The position numbers and the translations under genes were made by a program. Under the pieces are notes generated by a model. It saw only the letters and a program-made list of their open reading frames with translations. It ran no database searches and was not told the origin of the DNA. A DNA stretch of 64,000 nucleotides from an uncultured Bacteroidales bacterium (GTDB lineage Bacteria > Bacteroidota > Bacteroidia > Bacteroidales > ML635J-15). This document shows, in pieces, positions 8,917 through 18,209 of this stretch (its first letter is position 1; every line of letters starts with the position of its first letter). The stretch spans positions 242-64,241 of the forward strand of contig CAZEHA010000016.1 of assembly GCA_964511665.1 (NCBI GenBank), given 5' to 3'.

Positions 8917-8947
8917 TTTGAAAACCGGAAACTAATTTTTATCTTTA
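8917..8947 (+). promoter_or_regulatory. Possible housekeeping-type Bacteroidetes promoter (TTTG-N19-TATCTTTA)
   Basis: -33/-7 like boxes with canonical spacing in a 49-bp gap before the HNH-like gene. Confidence 0.4.
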
Positions 8948-8963
8948 TGAACAGTTACAGACT

Positions 8964-9425
8964 ATGGTAATGAAAGAATACAACGGATTTAGTGGAGCTG
9001 AAAGAATGATGGTGCAGGCCATTATGAACGACATGCAAAAGCGTGGTATTATTTCATGGTCTGACAAATCATGTACAATTTGTGGCAGTAAAGGGGGCGA
9101 GATTCAGGCACATCTCGAAGACTACAGTAATGTTTTTGACTTTCACCCTATCTGCATCGAATGTCACATGAAGCTCCATATGAGGTTTAGGTTTCCGGGC
9201 TATTGGATTAAGCATCTGGTTGATGTTAATAACGGATATGTTTCACATCCGTTTAAAAATTCTTCAGAGTGGTTCAAATCGAAAAAGGGTAAATTTAGTA
9301 ATCCCGAATTCGACAATCTTGATCCGAAATTAATTGGCAATGAATGGTATCATAAGTTGTCACTAAAACAAAAAAACCTAAACAAATTCAGGCATTATGG
9401 AGACCATAAAGAAACAACCGATTAG
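8964..9425 (+). CDS. HNH-like Zn-binding protein / nuclease
   Basis: CTIC...AHLEDY...PICIECHMKLH pattern. Confidence 0.6.
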   Translation: MVMKEYNGFSGAERMMVQAIMNDMQKRGIISWSDKSCTICGSKGGEIQAHLEDYSNVFDFHPICIECHMKLHMRFRFPGYWIKHLVDVNNGYVSHPFKNSSEWFKSKKGKFSNPEFDNLDPKLIGNEWYHKLSLKQKNLNKFRHYGDHKETTD

Positions 9426-9909
9426 TAATATCGAATGGCGCGATGTTCGAGAGCTAAGCGCAAATGACTACAACCCCAATGTAGTATTAACACAGGAACT
9501 AAAACTGCTCGAATTCTCAATACTGAAAACAGGATGGATTCAACCCTTACTGATATCGGGAACCGACGTTATTATTGATGGTTTTCACCGTTATTGGCTA
9601 AGCCAGAATAGTAAATATCTTATTAAGCAATTCAATTATCATGCTCCTTGTGCAATTCTAAATATAAGTGAAGCTGAAAGAATGTTGCTTACCGTTAGAA
9701 TTAATAGGGCTAAAGGAAACCATGTTGCTGCTAAAATGCACGAACTGGTTACTAAACTGGTTATGGAACTTGCCATTAGCAAAGAAACAGTTGCATTAGA
9801 GATTGGAGCCAGCACAATGGAAGTTGATTTGCTACTTCAGGAAAATGTATTCACAAAATTGGATATTAAAAACCATAAATATTCTAATGCTTGGATACCT
9901 AAAAAATAA
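9397..9909 (+). CDS. ParB-like protein (IbrB/YbdM-like)
   Basis: ANDYNPN, ELKLLEFSI..GWIQP, IIDGFHR, TVRINRAKGNH. Confidence 0.85.
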   Translation: METIKKQPISNIEWRDVRELSANDYNPNVVLTQELKLLEFSILKTGWIQPLLISGTDVIIDGFHRYWLSQNSKYLIKQFNYHAPCAILNISEAERMLLTVRINRAKGNHVAAKMHELVTKLVMELAISKETVALEIGASTMEVDLLLQENVFTKLDIKNHKYSNAWIPKK

Positions 9910-10029
9910 ATATTTCTACAAAAATAATGTCTAAATATTTGTAAATCAATTAGATAATTTGTATTTTTATGTAAACATAAGTAGAAAATGAGGCGAAGAA
10001 TTAAAAGAGAATTCAAATATAAAACAAAG

Positions 10030-10056
10030 AGAAACCCGGGTTGCAGCCGGGTTTCT
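10030..10056. terminator. Hairpin / possible bidirectional terminator in the leader of the SymE-like operon
   Basis: AGAAACCCGG-GTTGCAG-CCGGGTTTCT, A-rich on the left and T-rich on the right. Confidence 0.6.
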
Positions 10057-10099
10057 TGTTTCAGGCTAATTCGAAGTTTAACCCAAAACCTAAGTTATT

Positions 10100-10372
10100 A
10101 TGAGCAAAAGTACAAAAGAAAAACGAATTATTCTACGGCATGAAGATTTCGTTATTGAAACGGTCAGTGCATGGAGCACTCAAGGTATTAAATTTAATAA
10201 AGGCAATATCAATATTTTGAAATATGCCTTTATGTCGCAGGTAGCATGGGCATTATACCGAAAACAATCTCTACCCGAAAGTATCAAAAACCAGTATCTG
10301 AGTTATCTGCAGACAAGTCTATGGCCAATGCCTCTAAGAATTGACCCAACCCAGCTCTATTTCAAATACTAA
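10100..10372 (+). CDS. Hypothetical moron protein
   Basis: 90 aa ORF closely spaced with downstream genes. Confidence 0.55.
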   Translation: MSKSTKEKRIILRHEDFVIETVSAWSTQGIKFNKGNINILKYAFMSQVAWALYRKQSLPESIKNQYLSYLQTSLWPMPLRIDPTQLYFKY

Positions 10373-10376
10373 GAGT

Positions 10377-10571
10377 ATGAAAAACGAAAGAATAATAAAA
10401 GTGTCTTCGATAACAAGAGTTTACGGAACACAATCATATTATAGAAATGGATATAGCAAGGTTCCTTTTATTCGATTAGCCGGTAGATACATTGAAAAAA
10501 TAGGCATTAATATCGGCGACTCTGTGAAAGTTGAATTTATCGATAACCAAATAATTATTTCAAAAATATGA
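10377..10571 (+). CDS. SymE-family / AbrB-fold small protein
   Basis: PFIRLAGRYIEKIGINIGDSVKVEFIDNQIII fits the SymE pattern P-x-I-x-L-x-G-x-x-x-E-x-x-G-x-x-x-G. Confidence 0.7.
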   Translation: MKNERIIKVSSITRVYGTQSYYRNGYSKVPFIRLAGRYIEKIGINIGDSVKVEFIDNQIIISKI

Positions 10572-11110
10572 GACCGAGAAGCATTGAGCAATTAAATCAA
10601 ATAGTTGGTAACAACAGGACTGTAATGGCAAACGTGAGGAACGGCATCAAAGCATGGGAAACAAGAAAAAAATTACTATTAGAAAATGCTATAAACAATG
10701 GTGTGAAACCTGACAAGCTATTTTCTGAGTACTGGGACGCAAAATTAGCATTGGATAACGATTACTCTAAGGAAGGAATTATTGCTAAGCATGTTTATAA
10801 AGTTCGCAGAGGTTGTTTTATACGATGGGGGGATAAGAATCATATTGACCGGATTATGTCAGCAAATTGGTTTTCATCCCAAGCTCAACCAATGGATTGT
10901 ATAGCACAAGAGTTAACTGAAATGTACAATATTCCAATAGACGAGAATGATATTGTAGAGTTCATAATTCAACACCCCGACAGGGATATGTACAAACCCA
11001 TTGTAAAGTATAATACGACAATTGCAATATTTAAGTATAGAGTAGGTTTTCATCCGAAAAATTACAAAAATAATTCGCCTGAATTTATATTGCAAGGTCT
11101 TCCATTTTAA
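10568..11110 (+). CDS. Hypothetical moron protein
   Basis: 180 aa ORF, ATGA overlap with the SymE-like gene; ends in LPF. Confidence 0.6.
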   Translation: MRPRSIEQLNQIVGNNRTVMANVRNGIKAWETRKKLLLENAINNGVKPDKLFSEYWDAKLALDNDYSKEGIIAKHVYKVRRGCFIRWGDKNHIDRIMSANWFSSQAQPMDCIAQELTEMYNIPIDENDIVEFIIQHPDRDMYKPIVKYNTTIAIFKYRVGFHPKNYKNNSPEFILQGLPF

Positions 11111-11146
11111 TGTCCTTTGTCTTCAATTATGATCTAATTATTATTG
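11111..11146 (+). promoter_or_regulatory. Putative phage late promoter (TGTCCTTT-N20-TATTATTG)
   Basis: Exact TGTCCTTT, 28-nt offset. Confidence 0.7.
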
Positions 11147-11150
11147 TTTC

Positions 11151-11459
11151 ATGGAAATTAATGATGAAATAATAAAAAAGGTCAAGAATTTTGGTGTCTT
11201 GGGAATTAGCTTCGATCAAGTTGCAACATTGCTTATGGTACCAGAACAACAAAAAACATTTATCATTGAACAACTTTCTAATCCTGGCAACGAACTATAT
11301 GAGGCTTATGCTTATGGGAGAGCTGTAGGCGATTATAATAAAGAAGCGAAGATGGAAAAGCTCGCCGAATCGGGCGACATGGATTCGATTAACACCCAGC
11401 GCATTTATCGAAAACAAAAAAAAGTTGACGATTTAAAGCGAAAGTTATTCGGATTATAG
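11151..11459 (+). CDS. Small HTH-like packaging protein (terminase small subunit candidate)
   Basis: GISFDQVATLLMV HTH-like segment, AYAYGRA, located upstream of TerL. Confidence 0.5.
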   Translation: MEINDEIIKKVKNFGVLGISFDQVATLLMVPEQQKTFIIEQLSNPGNELYEAYAYGRAVGDYNKEAKMEKLAESGDMDSINTQRIYRKQKKVDDLKRKLFGL

Positions 11460-11534
11460 TAATTTAGCACTGTCTGTTCATCATATCGGAGCAAATACGT
11501 AAAATTAACGGCTCCGCCCCTTGTTTCGGTTGTA

Positions 11535-11870
11535 ATGGCCGAAACGATTATACACCGGTATGATGACAGACAAAGGGTAGCGGAGTTTGCTTTTAATATG
11601 GAAATTGAAAATAAGATTTACCCAATGGTGCAACATAACAATGACTGGTATGTTGATTCATCAATTATCAATATAGTATCGGTGCAAAAAGCCCATACGT
11701 TGATTGACTCGAAAACTTATTTTAGAATAGTTGATGTACTGGTAGCATCTATTCCCGATAACTTTGAGAAAATACTTAATGCTTATGTGAACTATATTCT
11801 TGCAGTTAGAATATCAGAGAACACCAATGCTTATTCCAGAATGAAAAAAGAATTATTTGATGTAGGATAA
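11535..11870 (+). CDS. Hypothetical protein
   Basis: 111 aa ORF ending YSRMKKELFDVG. Confidence 0.55.
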   Translation: MAETIIHRYDDRQRVAEFAFNMEIENKIYPMVQHNNDWYVDSSIINIVSVQKAHTLIDSKTYFRIVDVLVASIPDNFEKILNAYVNYILAVRISENTNAYSRMKKELFDVG

Positions 11871-11873
11871 AGC

Positions 11874-11909
11874 TGTCCTTTCGCAAAAGCTACACTACAT
11901 CTAACTTGC
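11874..11909 (+). promoter_or_regulatory. Putative phage late promoter (TGTCCTTT-N20-TAACTTGC)
   Basis: Exact TGTCCTTT, 28-nt offset; precedes the terminase operon. Confidence 0.65.
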
Positions 11910-11925
11910 TGTAAATTTTACAGCA

Positions 11926-12552
11926 GTGATAGAATCATTTCGCAAAGTACCCATTGAAGCACTTAAGGAATTTCGACAGACCGGAATTTCGAAGTACATC
12001 CCGAACGACCTGCAACGATACATCCAACAAATTGACAGGGCAATAGAATTGTACCGATTCGACGGTAATATTTCGCGTGTTGCCGGTAAGTTAATCGCAG
12101 AGTTTGCCCAGGATGATTTAAGTATGAGCACGGCCAGAAGTCGTATTTACGATGCAATCAACTTGTTTCACCTGAACAATACGGTAAAAAATGTTGCTTG
12201 GGACAACTACTACGCCGATAAGATGGAAGATCTTGCAAAGCTCTCGATTGCAGCCGACAACATTACCGAAGCCCGCAGATGCTACGAAAAGGCACACGCC
12301 TTCAGAACATCACACAACGAAAACGACTACGACCCTGATAAACTGAGACCTGTCGAAAAAATTATTTCTCCCGAAGTAACTCCGCAACGATTGGGTTTGC
12401 ATGGCGACAACTTGAATAAAATGTGGATTAAAGCACAGCTATTCATTAACGAATTGCCAATTGAAGACAAAGAAAAAGCGCGACTTCTCAGAGAAGCCTC
12501 ACAAAATATTAACCTGCCAATAGACGTAGATCATGAAGACATTCCAAATTGA
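11926..12552 (+). CDS. Helical phage protein overlapping TerL (terminase small subunit candidate)
   Basis: 208 aa; overlaps the TerL start; LSMSTARSRIYDA helix. Confidence 0.55.
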   Translation: MIESFRKVPIEALKEFRQTGISKYIPNDLQRYIQQIDRAIELYRFDGNISRVAGKLIAEFAQDDLSMSTARSRIYDAINLFHLNNTVKNVAWDNYYADKMEDLAKLSIAADNITEARRCYEKAHAFRTSHNENDYDPDKLRPVEKIISPEVTPQRLGLHGDNLNKMWIKAQLFINELPIEDKEKARLLREASQNINLPIDVDHEDIPN

Positions 12553-14245
12553 CACCAACCGGTTTGAACTGGAATATTATTCTGTTCTCCAGCATCATGC
12601 ATTACTGGCCGATACGCAAAACCTGTTTGGCGAGATTGGCAGGGGTGCCGGTAAGAGTACCCACATAATGACCCCCAGAATTGAGCGTGTAACCTACGAT
12701 ATGAAGCGCAGTATATCGCTGCTATTGTGTGCTACCTATACCTCATTGCTCGACAATATTATTCCGGCAATGACTGAATACCTTAATAAAAACTACCGCC
12801 GTGGCATTCATTACGAATATGGCAAAAAACCCCCAAGCCATTTCCTGTTGCCTTACCGTGATGTTCCCGACTGGAAACGCACACTATCATTTGCATGGGG
12901 TTCGGTAGTTCGGTTCGGTTCTATCGACCGGCCGGAATCTATTCTGGGCTCCGACTTTGTGCATGTGTTTACCGATGAACTTTTGCGGATAAAAGAAACC
13001 GCATTTGTTGAACGGGTGCTCCCGACACTTCGTGGCAACCGTACCCTGTTTGGTAATTCGCCCTATTACGGTGGAATCACCGGCACATCATCAACACCCA
13101 ACTTTGAGAACGACTACGACTGGTGGCTGGCTCAGGAACAAAACACGAATCGTGAGCTGATTGATTATATTATGAGTATTGCTTTAAGGGTGCATCACGC
13201 TAAGTACTACGAAAAAACATCGGAGTCGGCCAAAGAAATCGAAAAGTATAGGCGGTTCATCAAGCGATGGGAAGAAAGGCTGGTAGAATGCAGGCAAGGA
13301 CAAACTACCTACTTAAAAGGCAGCTCGTTTACCAACCTGGCAGTATTAGGACTTGAATACATTACTAACCAGTACAAAGGTTCGGCAGCCAATATCGAGA
13401 AATTTAATCTATCGATTCTCGGGATTCGGCCAAAAAAAGTAGGAGAAATGTTTTTCGGCAGGTTTGGTAAACAACATATTTATACCGACAGCTACGATTA
13501 TGGCAACATCGACAGTATAGACCGGCATCTGTTCGAAGAAAAAGGCAGTAGTATAATTGCCGATGGACATAGCAAGACTTCGCTTGACCTGAAATACTGC
13601 GACCCCAATAAACCGATTATTGCAGGCTTCGACCCCGGGCACTTTATGAGTATTGTATTTGCGCAGGAAAATACGAAATATGGCAAGGCTGAATTGAGGG
13701 TTTTTAAAAATATGTATGTTACCCATCCGGAACAACATTTTGAACTGGCGCAAAAAATTGCATTGTTCTTTAAAAACCACAAGCGCAAGAAAATATTTTT
13801 GTATTATGACCGTGCAGCCAATCAGCGGAAGAAAGTGTATGAGAACAACCAAAGCGGAAAAACCGATGCACGTATTCTGCAGAAGCATCTTAAAGATTTA
13901 GGATGGGAAGCCGAACTTAAGGACCTTGGGCGCGAAACAATTTATCACAAGTTGCATTATATTTTGTTGAATATTCTTTTTGGTGAAAGGCAATCCAATA
14001 CTCCGCGTATTAAAATATGCCAATACGAGTGTGAGGAACTTGTTTCGAGTATTTACATGAGCCCTCTTAAGCGATTGGGTGGAGAAATATTCCTCGATAA
14101 ATCGAGTGAAGATAAACTCGACCTCGAAGATCAGGCCTTGTGGAGTACCCAAATTGCAACCTCGTTGATGTATATGCTTTACGGGTTATATCAGAAGTAT
14201 ATGCCAGGCGATACTATTGAATACTCGCATTATTCCGGCTTGTAG
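12533..14245 (+). CDS. Terminase large subunit
   Basis: Walker A GRGAGKST, Walker B VHVFTDE, motif III-like TSS, RNase H-fold IIAGFDPG and YYDRA. Confidence 0.85.
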   Translation: MKTFQIDTNRFELEYYSVLQHHALLADTQNLFGEIGRGAGKSTHIMTPRIERVTYDMKRSISLLLCATYTSLLDNIIPAMTEYLNKNYRRGIHYEYGKKPPSHFLLPYRDVPDWKRTLSFAWGSVVRFGSIDRPESILGSDFVHVFTDELLRIKETAFVERVLPTLRGNRTLFGNSPYYGGITGTSSTPNFENDYDWWLAQEQNTNRELIDYIMSIALRVHHAKYYEKTSESAKEIEKYRRFIKRWEERLVECRQGQTTYLKGSSFTNLAVLGLEYITNQYKGSAANIEKFNLSILGIRPKKVGEMFFGRFGKQHIYTDSYDYGNIDSIDRHLFEEKGSSIIADGHSKTSLDLKYCDPNKPIIAGFDPGHFMSIVFAQENTKYGKAELRVFKNMYVTHPEQHFELAQKIALFFKNHKRKKIFLYYDRAANQRKKVYENNQSGKTDARILQKHLKDLGWEAELKDLGRETIYHKLHYILLNILFGERQSNTPRIKICQYECEELVSSIYMSPLKRLGGEIFLDKSSEDKLDLEDQALWSTQIATSLMYMLYGLYQKYMPGDTIEYSHYSGL

Positions 14246-14246
14246 T

Positions 14247-14282
14247 TGTCCTTTAGAAAATCAAAACCACAAGCGACATTCG
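14247..14282 (+). promoter_or_regulatory. Putative phage late promoter (TGTCCTTT-N20-GACATTCG)
   Basis: Exact TGTCCTTT; degenerate -7 box at the same offset; precedes the portal operon. Confidence 0.6.
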
Positions 14283-14286
14283 TACT

Positions 14287-14607
14287 ATGGAAATAATCAG
14301 CGGAATAGAAGCCATACAAACCATGCGAAACATGCGCCATAGCGGTGTGCACTTTGTGATGCATCACCTCACATGGTCAGAATCTCGACAAACAAGCAAC
14401 GGTTTGCGTGTGGTAAACAAGGCGCGACTTCGTCCGGCACTTCCGCAAGAGTTCAGCAACGACATTAACCCTGATGAACTCCTACCCTACTACGACATTG
14501 AGAACGAATCGGAAGGCATGTGCCACAAAATATTAATCCGCAAAGTGGCATATCCGCCCGACTATACATTAAAAAAAGTTAATTGGCATGACAACTACAA
14601 CGATTAG
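14287..14607 (+). CDS. Phage hypothetical protein
   Basis: 106 aa ORF between TerL and portal, overlapping the portal start. Confidence 0.65.
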   Translation: MEIISGIEAIQTMRNMRHSGVHFVMHHLTWSESRQTSNGLRVVNKARLRPALPQEFSNDINPDELLPYYDIENESEGMCHKILIRKVAYPPDYTLKKVNWHDNYND

Positions 14608-16090
14608 CCGTTATGGTAACTTTGGTGTTGCCGAAGATATAACCGGCAAAAAAATGACATTTCAGGTACTATCTACGTCGGATGCCCAGAGTATCGAAGA
14701 TGACATTGCAGAATTCTCGAACTATGGTTTCGTAGGCGATAGGTTTAACTTCGATGGTTTTACAATTGCAACCAACGGTGAGCGCAATACATTGCCCGAT
14801 GAACTGAGGGTTTTGGTTAAGAATAACCCTATTCTGCCGGAGATTCTCAAAAAGCAAGTGCGCTTCCTATATGGTTATGGACCGTATCTTTACGATGAAG
14901 ACATAAGTGATAACCTGCTTAAGCGCAAATGGCACGGGCGCACCGAACACCCCGAATTCTTTATGTGGCTCGAAAGCTGGACTAAGAATGGATTGCGCGA
15001 TAACTACGAAACCTATTTCAAGAAAGTAATCATGAACTATTACTACACCGAAGATTACTTTTCGAAACACCTTCACAACGTCGGCCGTCGCATTGGTATG
15101 TTCCCGATCCGTGGTCTCGAACATATATGGACTACCCGGGCACGACTTGCATCCGACCAGCTCATTCCCAATATCAACGAGTTGAAAGATGAAGATTTAA
15201 ACTTCGTGGTTGTGGGCGATTGGCTGAATATGTACACCCAACGGCTTGAAGCTTACGCACGCTTCCGCGAAAGCAACCCGTTTGCCGACGAAAACTGTGT
15301 GAATTATGTGTGTGATGCCAGCTTTGGCGATATGATTTACAGCAGCCCAACTTATTACTGGGGCTTAAAAGATTGGATTAAAGGCTCAAATTTGAACCCG
15401 AAGTACATCAATTCATTTTTGAAGCATTCGTTTGGCGCTAAGATTAACTGCATCATTCCCCACACCTGGTTTGTTACTATCGAAAATAAGTTTCGTGCAT
15501 TATGCGAAGAAAATCATGATAGAGATCAAGGAGGCATTGCACTGATTGAGAAGTATGAAAATGTTAAGCTGATAAATGATTCAAACGAGCCATTGCCCTA
15601 TAACGAATCGATGGTGCAACAGGCCGTTGATTATAAAATAGAAAGCCTGATGCAGGTAATGAGTGGCGAAGGTAAGAATCAGGGTAAGATATTCTTTAGT
15701 CGTGCCTTCCGTGCTCAGGAAGGTATTGAGTCGTGGGACTTTAAAGAAATACCTACCAAGTATGGCGACTACATCGACGCCATTACCAAGGTTGACGAAC
15801 GCATGGTAAAAGTTATTCTGGCCGGTAAAGGCCTTGACCCCGCCATCTCGAATGTTGGCAGCGAAGGAATATTCAACAACTCCGGGGCACAGGTATATTA
15901 TAACTACCTGGTGTATCTCAGCAGCCTCACACATGCCGAAGAATACTGCACCCAGGATATTAATTTTGCGCTTCAGGTAAATTTCCCACAAATCTATAAT
16001 CAGGGCTTGCGTGTGGGCTTATATCGCAATGTGCCACAGCGTTTAGAGGAAACCAGTCCGGCAAATCGTCCCTCAAATAACATTCAATAA
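14588..16090 (+). CDS. Portal protein (probable)
   Basis: 500 aa, downstream of TerL; LYGYGP, MSGEGKNQGK, GLDPAISN segments. Confidence 0.7.
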   Translation: MTTTTISRYGNFGVAEDITGKKMTFQVLSTSDAQSIEDDIAEFSNYGFVGDRFNFDGFTIATNGERNTLPDELRVLVKNNPILPEILKKQVRFLYGYGPYLYDEDISDNLLKRKWHGRTEHPEFFMWLESWTKNGLRDNYETYFKKVIMNYYYTEDYFSKHLHNVGRRIGMFPIRGLEHIWTTRARLASDQLIPNINELKDEDLNFVVVGDWLNMYTQRLEAYARFRESNPFADENCVNYVCDASFGDMIYSSPTYYWGLKDWIKGSNLNPKYINSFLKHSFGAKINCIIPHTWFVTIENKFRALCEENHDRDQGGIALIEKYENVKLINDSNEPLPYNESMVQQAVDYKIESLMQVMSGEGKNQGKIFFSRAFRAQEGIESWDFKEIPTKYGDYIDAITKVDERMVKVILAGKGLDPAISNVGSEGIFNNSGAQVYYNYLVYLSSLTHAEEYCTQDINFALQVNFPQIYNQGLRVGLYRNVPQRLEETSPANRPSNNIQ

Positions 16091-16091
16091 C

Positions 16092-17243
16092 ATGGCAACA
16101 GTAATTCCATTCAAAACAGGCGAAGATATTAAAGGCTCGCTGAGTCAGATTAATATTGATTTCGAGATTGATAACGTGCAAAACAGCTTTATTAAAGCCA
16201 GCGATTTGATAAAAGATATGATTTCGCCGGCTATGTGGCAACTTATGATTGACCACTACAACAGCGACAACTATCAGGCAACACCAGAACCGGTTGAAGA
16301 AGGTGAGGAAGCCGACCCCATGACTGCAGTTTATGCGCTGCTCGATACGCTGGTTAAAAAGGTTCAGGATCCACTCGCTAATTTTGGAATGGCCGAACAT
16401 TTCGTATGGCTGATGCTTCGCATTAGCAACGGTTCGGTTACGGTTGCCAAAAGTCAGGACGAAACTACAGCATTTAAGTATCTCACCGACGAAGCTAAGG
16501 AACAGCTAATTGAAACAGCATACATGTTTTGCAACCAGTTGGTTGATTTCATCAACGAAAATGCAACGACATGGACAACCTGGGCAAAAGAAACACCCTA
16601 CTTGCTCAATGCCATTGTGCGCTACGGTGATACATTTTATAAGTGCAACCAAGCCCACACCAGTGGCGAAACATTTGATGAAACAAAATGGACTGAATGC
16701 GAAGAGCACGAAGTAATATTCTGGCAGTGGTTAGAATCGGAACAATATGCCGAATTGAATAACGAAATATTCACGAGCTACAAAGACTTTAATAAGTATT
16801 TCGACATCAACCGTTCGGCATACTTCTACTACAAGCTGCGCCATATTATTAACCGTGTGAAAGATGAAGAAATTGAGCCGCGAGTGTTCGAAGCAGTTAC
16901 CACCGACCAACTTCGCACTAAACTAAAACGTGCAACGGCTTATTGCTGCATGGGTATAGTGTGTTACGAATGGGATTTCAATTCACTGCCGGCAAACATT
17001 CGCCGGGTGATATCAAACGAAATGGAAGCCTATGGGCATAAAAAAACCGATATTGATTTTGTTAAAAATAAAATATCGGAATCCTACAAACAAAAGGCGC
17101 TCAAAATGTTTGCCGAACTCGAACGCGAAGTGGCAATGCTTGCCGAAGAAAAAGAGAAAGCCGAAACCGGAGTAGCACCGGAAGCTACCGAAGTGTACGA
17201 AACCCAATTTGACGAAAACAAACCATACGCATCAATGCTATGA
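16092..17243 (+). CDS. Head-tail adaptor-like protein (DUF6712-like) with inserted CBM5/12-like module
   Basis: Follows portal; internal WAKETPYLLNAIVRYGDTFYKCNQAHTS...W motif. Confidence 0.55.
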   Translation: MATVIPFKTGEDIKGSLSQINIDFEIDNVQNSFIKASDLIKDMISPAMWQLMIDHYNSDNYQATPEPVEEGEEADPMTAVYALLDTLVKKVQDPLANFGMAEHFVWLMLRISNGSVTVAKSQDETTAFKYLTDEAKEQLIETAYMFCNQLVDFINENATTWTTWAKETPYLLNAIVRYGDTFYKCNQAHTSGETFDETKWTECEEHEVIFWQWLESEQYAELNNEIFTSYKDFNKYFDINRSAYFYYKLRHIINRVKDEEIEPRVFEAVTTDQLRTKLKRATAYCCMGIVCYEWDFNSLPANIRRVISNEMEAYGHKKTDIDFVKNKISESYKQKALKMFAELEREVAMLAEEKEKAETGVAPEATEVYETQFDENKPYASML

Positions 17244-18208
17244 TTACAGTAAACAACATTAATATTCCCAGCGAATGGGATGAGCTAAACACTACTCAAT
17301 ACATTGCTGTGATAAAAGTTTTGCAGGAAAGCTTTTCAGGCGAAATCGACATTGAGAGTGTTAGATATAAAATATTAAAAGCAATAACAGGTTATGTCCC
17401 TTCTAAAAAAAAGCTAAAATTAGAAATCATCGAAGAAATTAACAGCAATTTGAAAATAATATATGACAAGATCCGATTTCCGTTTTGTTATGAATATGCT
17501 GAAGTAGAAAATTATATTGCTTTGGGCATGGAGGCTCGATTATTTCTTCATAAATACCTACCAACGGAGTGCTATTGTCCGAAACTAAGTAGAGAAATAC
17601 AATCAGCATTACCACTAACGCCATCAATTAAGTTCGATATTCGCTGGCGAAAAAACCCACTGCCGGAATTTGTTTGGTGTGGCAAAAAGTATTACGGACC
17701 CAAAATTAATATTGATACATTCGGAATACTCGATACCGACATTACCGCCGGCACATGGGTAGATGCACAGAGTTATTACAATTTGTTTTTAGAAACAAAA
17801 GACGAGAATTTCCTACTAAATCTTGCAGCTCTGTTTTACTTCGATAAAAACAAACAACCGGTACAATCAGCGCCGAAGTGGGTAATACTTACATGTTACC
17901 TGCTAATGTATAACCTGCTCGATTATTTGGTAAAGCGTTCGGCCTACTCGGTATTGTTCAACCGCCGGCATACCAGCGATGGCGATAAAGATAAAATAAG
18001 CCTTGGGGCACAGGCAACAATTTACGACCTTGTTAAGGCTGGTTATGGCACCAATGAAGAAATACGCTCCGAAAGCCTGGTGGAATTTCTGAATATGCAG
18101 ATTGATAAGCTAAAAACATTAATTGCCGAATGCCGTGGCCTGAAAATGAAAGACAGCGATATCCATCTTAAATTCAACATCCCTTACGAAGCCATTAAAA
18201 ACCTATAA
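17240..18208 (+). CDS. Phage structural/assembly protein
   Basis: 322 aa, ATGA-coupled; N-terminal IPSEWDEL. Confidence 0.6.
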   Translation: MITVNNINIPSEWDELNTTQYIAVIKVLQESFSGEIDIESVRYKILKAITGYVPSKKKLKLEIIEEINSNLKIIYDKIRFPFCYEYAEVENYIALGMEARLFLHKYLPTECYCPKLSREIQSALPLTPSIKFDIRWRKNPLPEFVWCGKKYYGPKINIDTFGILDTDITAGTWVDAQSYYNLFLETKDENFLLNLAALFYFDKNKQPVQSAPKWVILTCYLLMYNLLDYLVKRSAYSVLFNRRHTSDGDKDKISLGAQATIYDLVKAGYGTNEEIRSESLVEFLNMQIDKLKTLIAECRGLKMKDSDIHLKFNIPYEAIKNL

Positions 18209-18209
18209 T

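Noticed and set aside
7168-9909. Calling the cassette a Dnd/Ssp phosphorothioation system, a sulfate-assimilation CysH, or a partition system
   Set aside because: No dndA/D/E, sspB/C, cys genes or phage ParA are visible; only family-level similarity is supported
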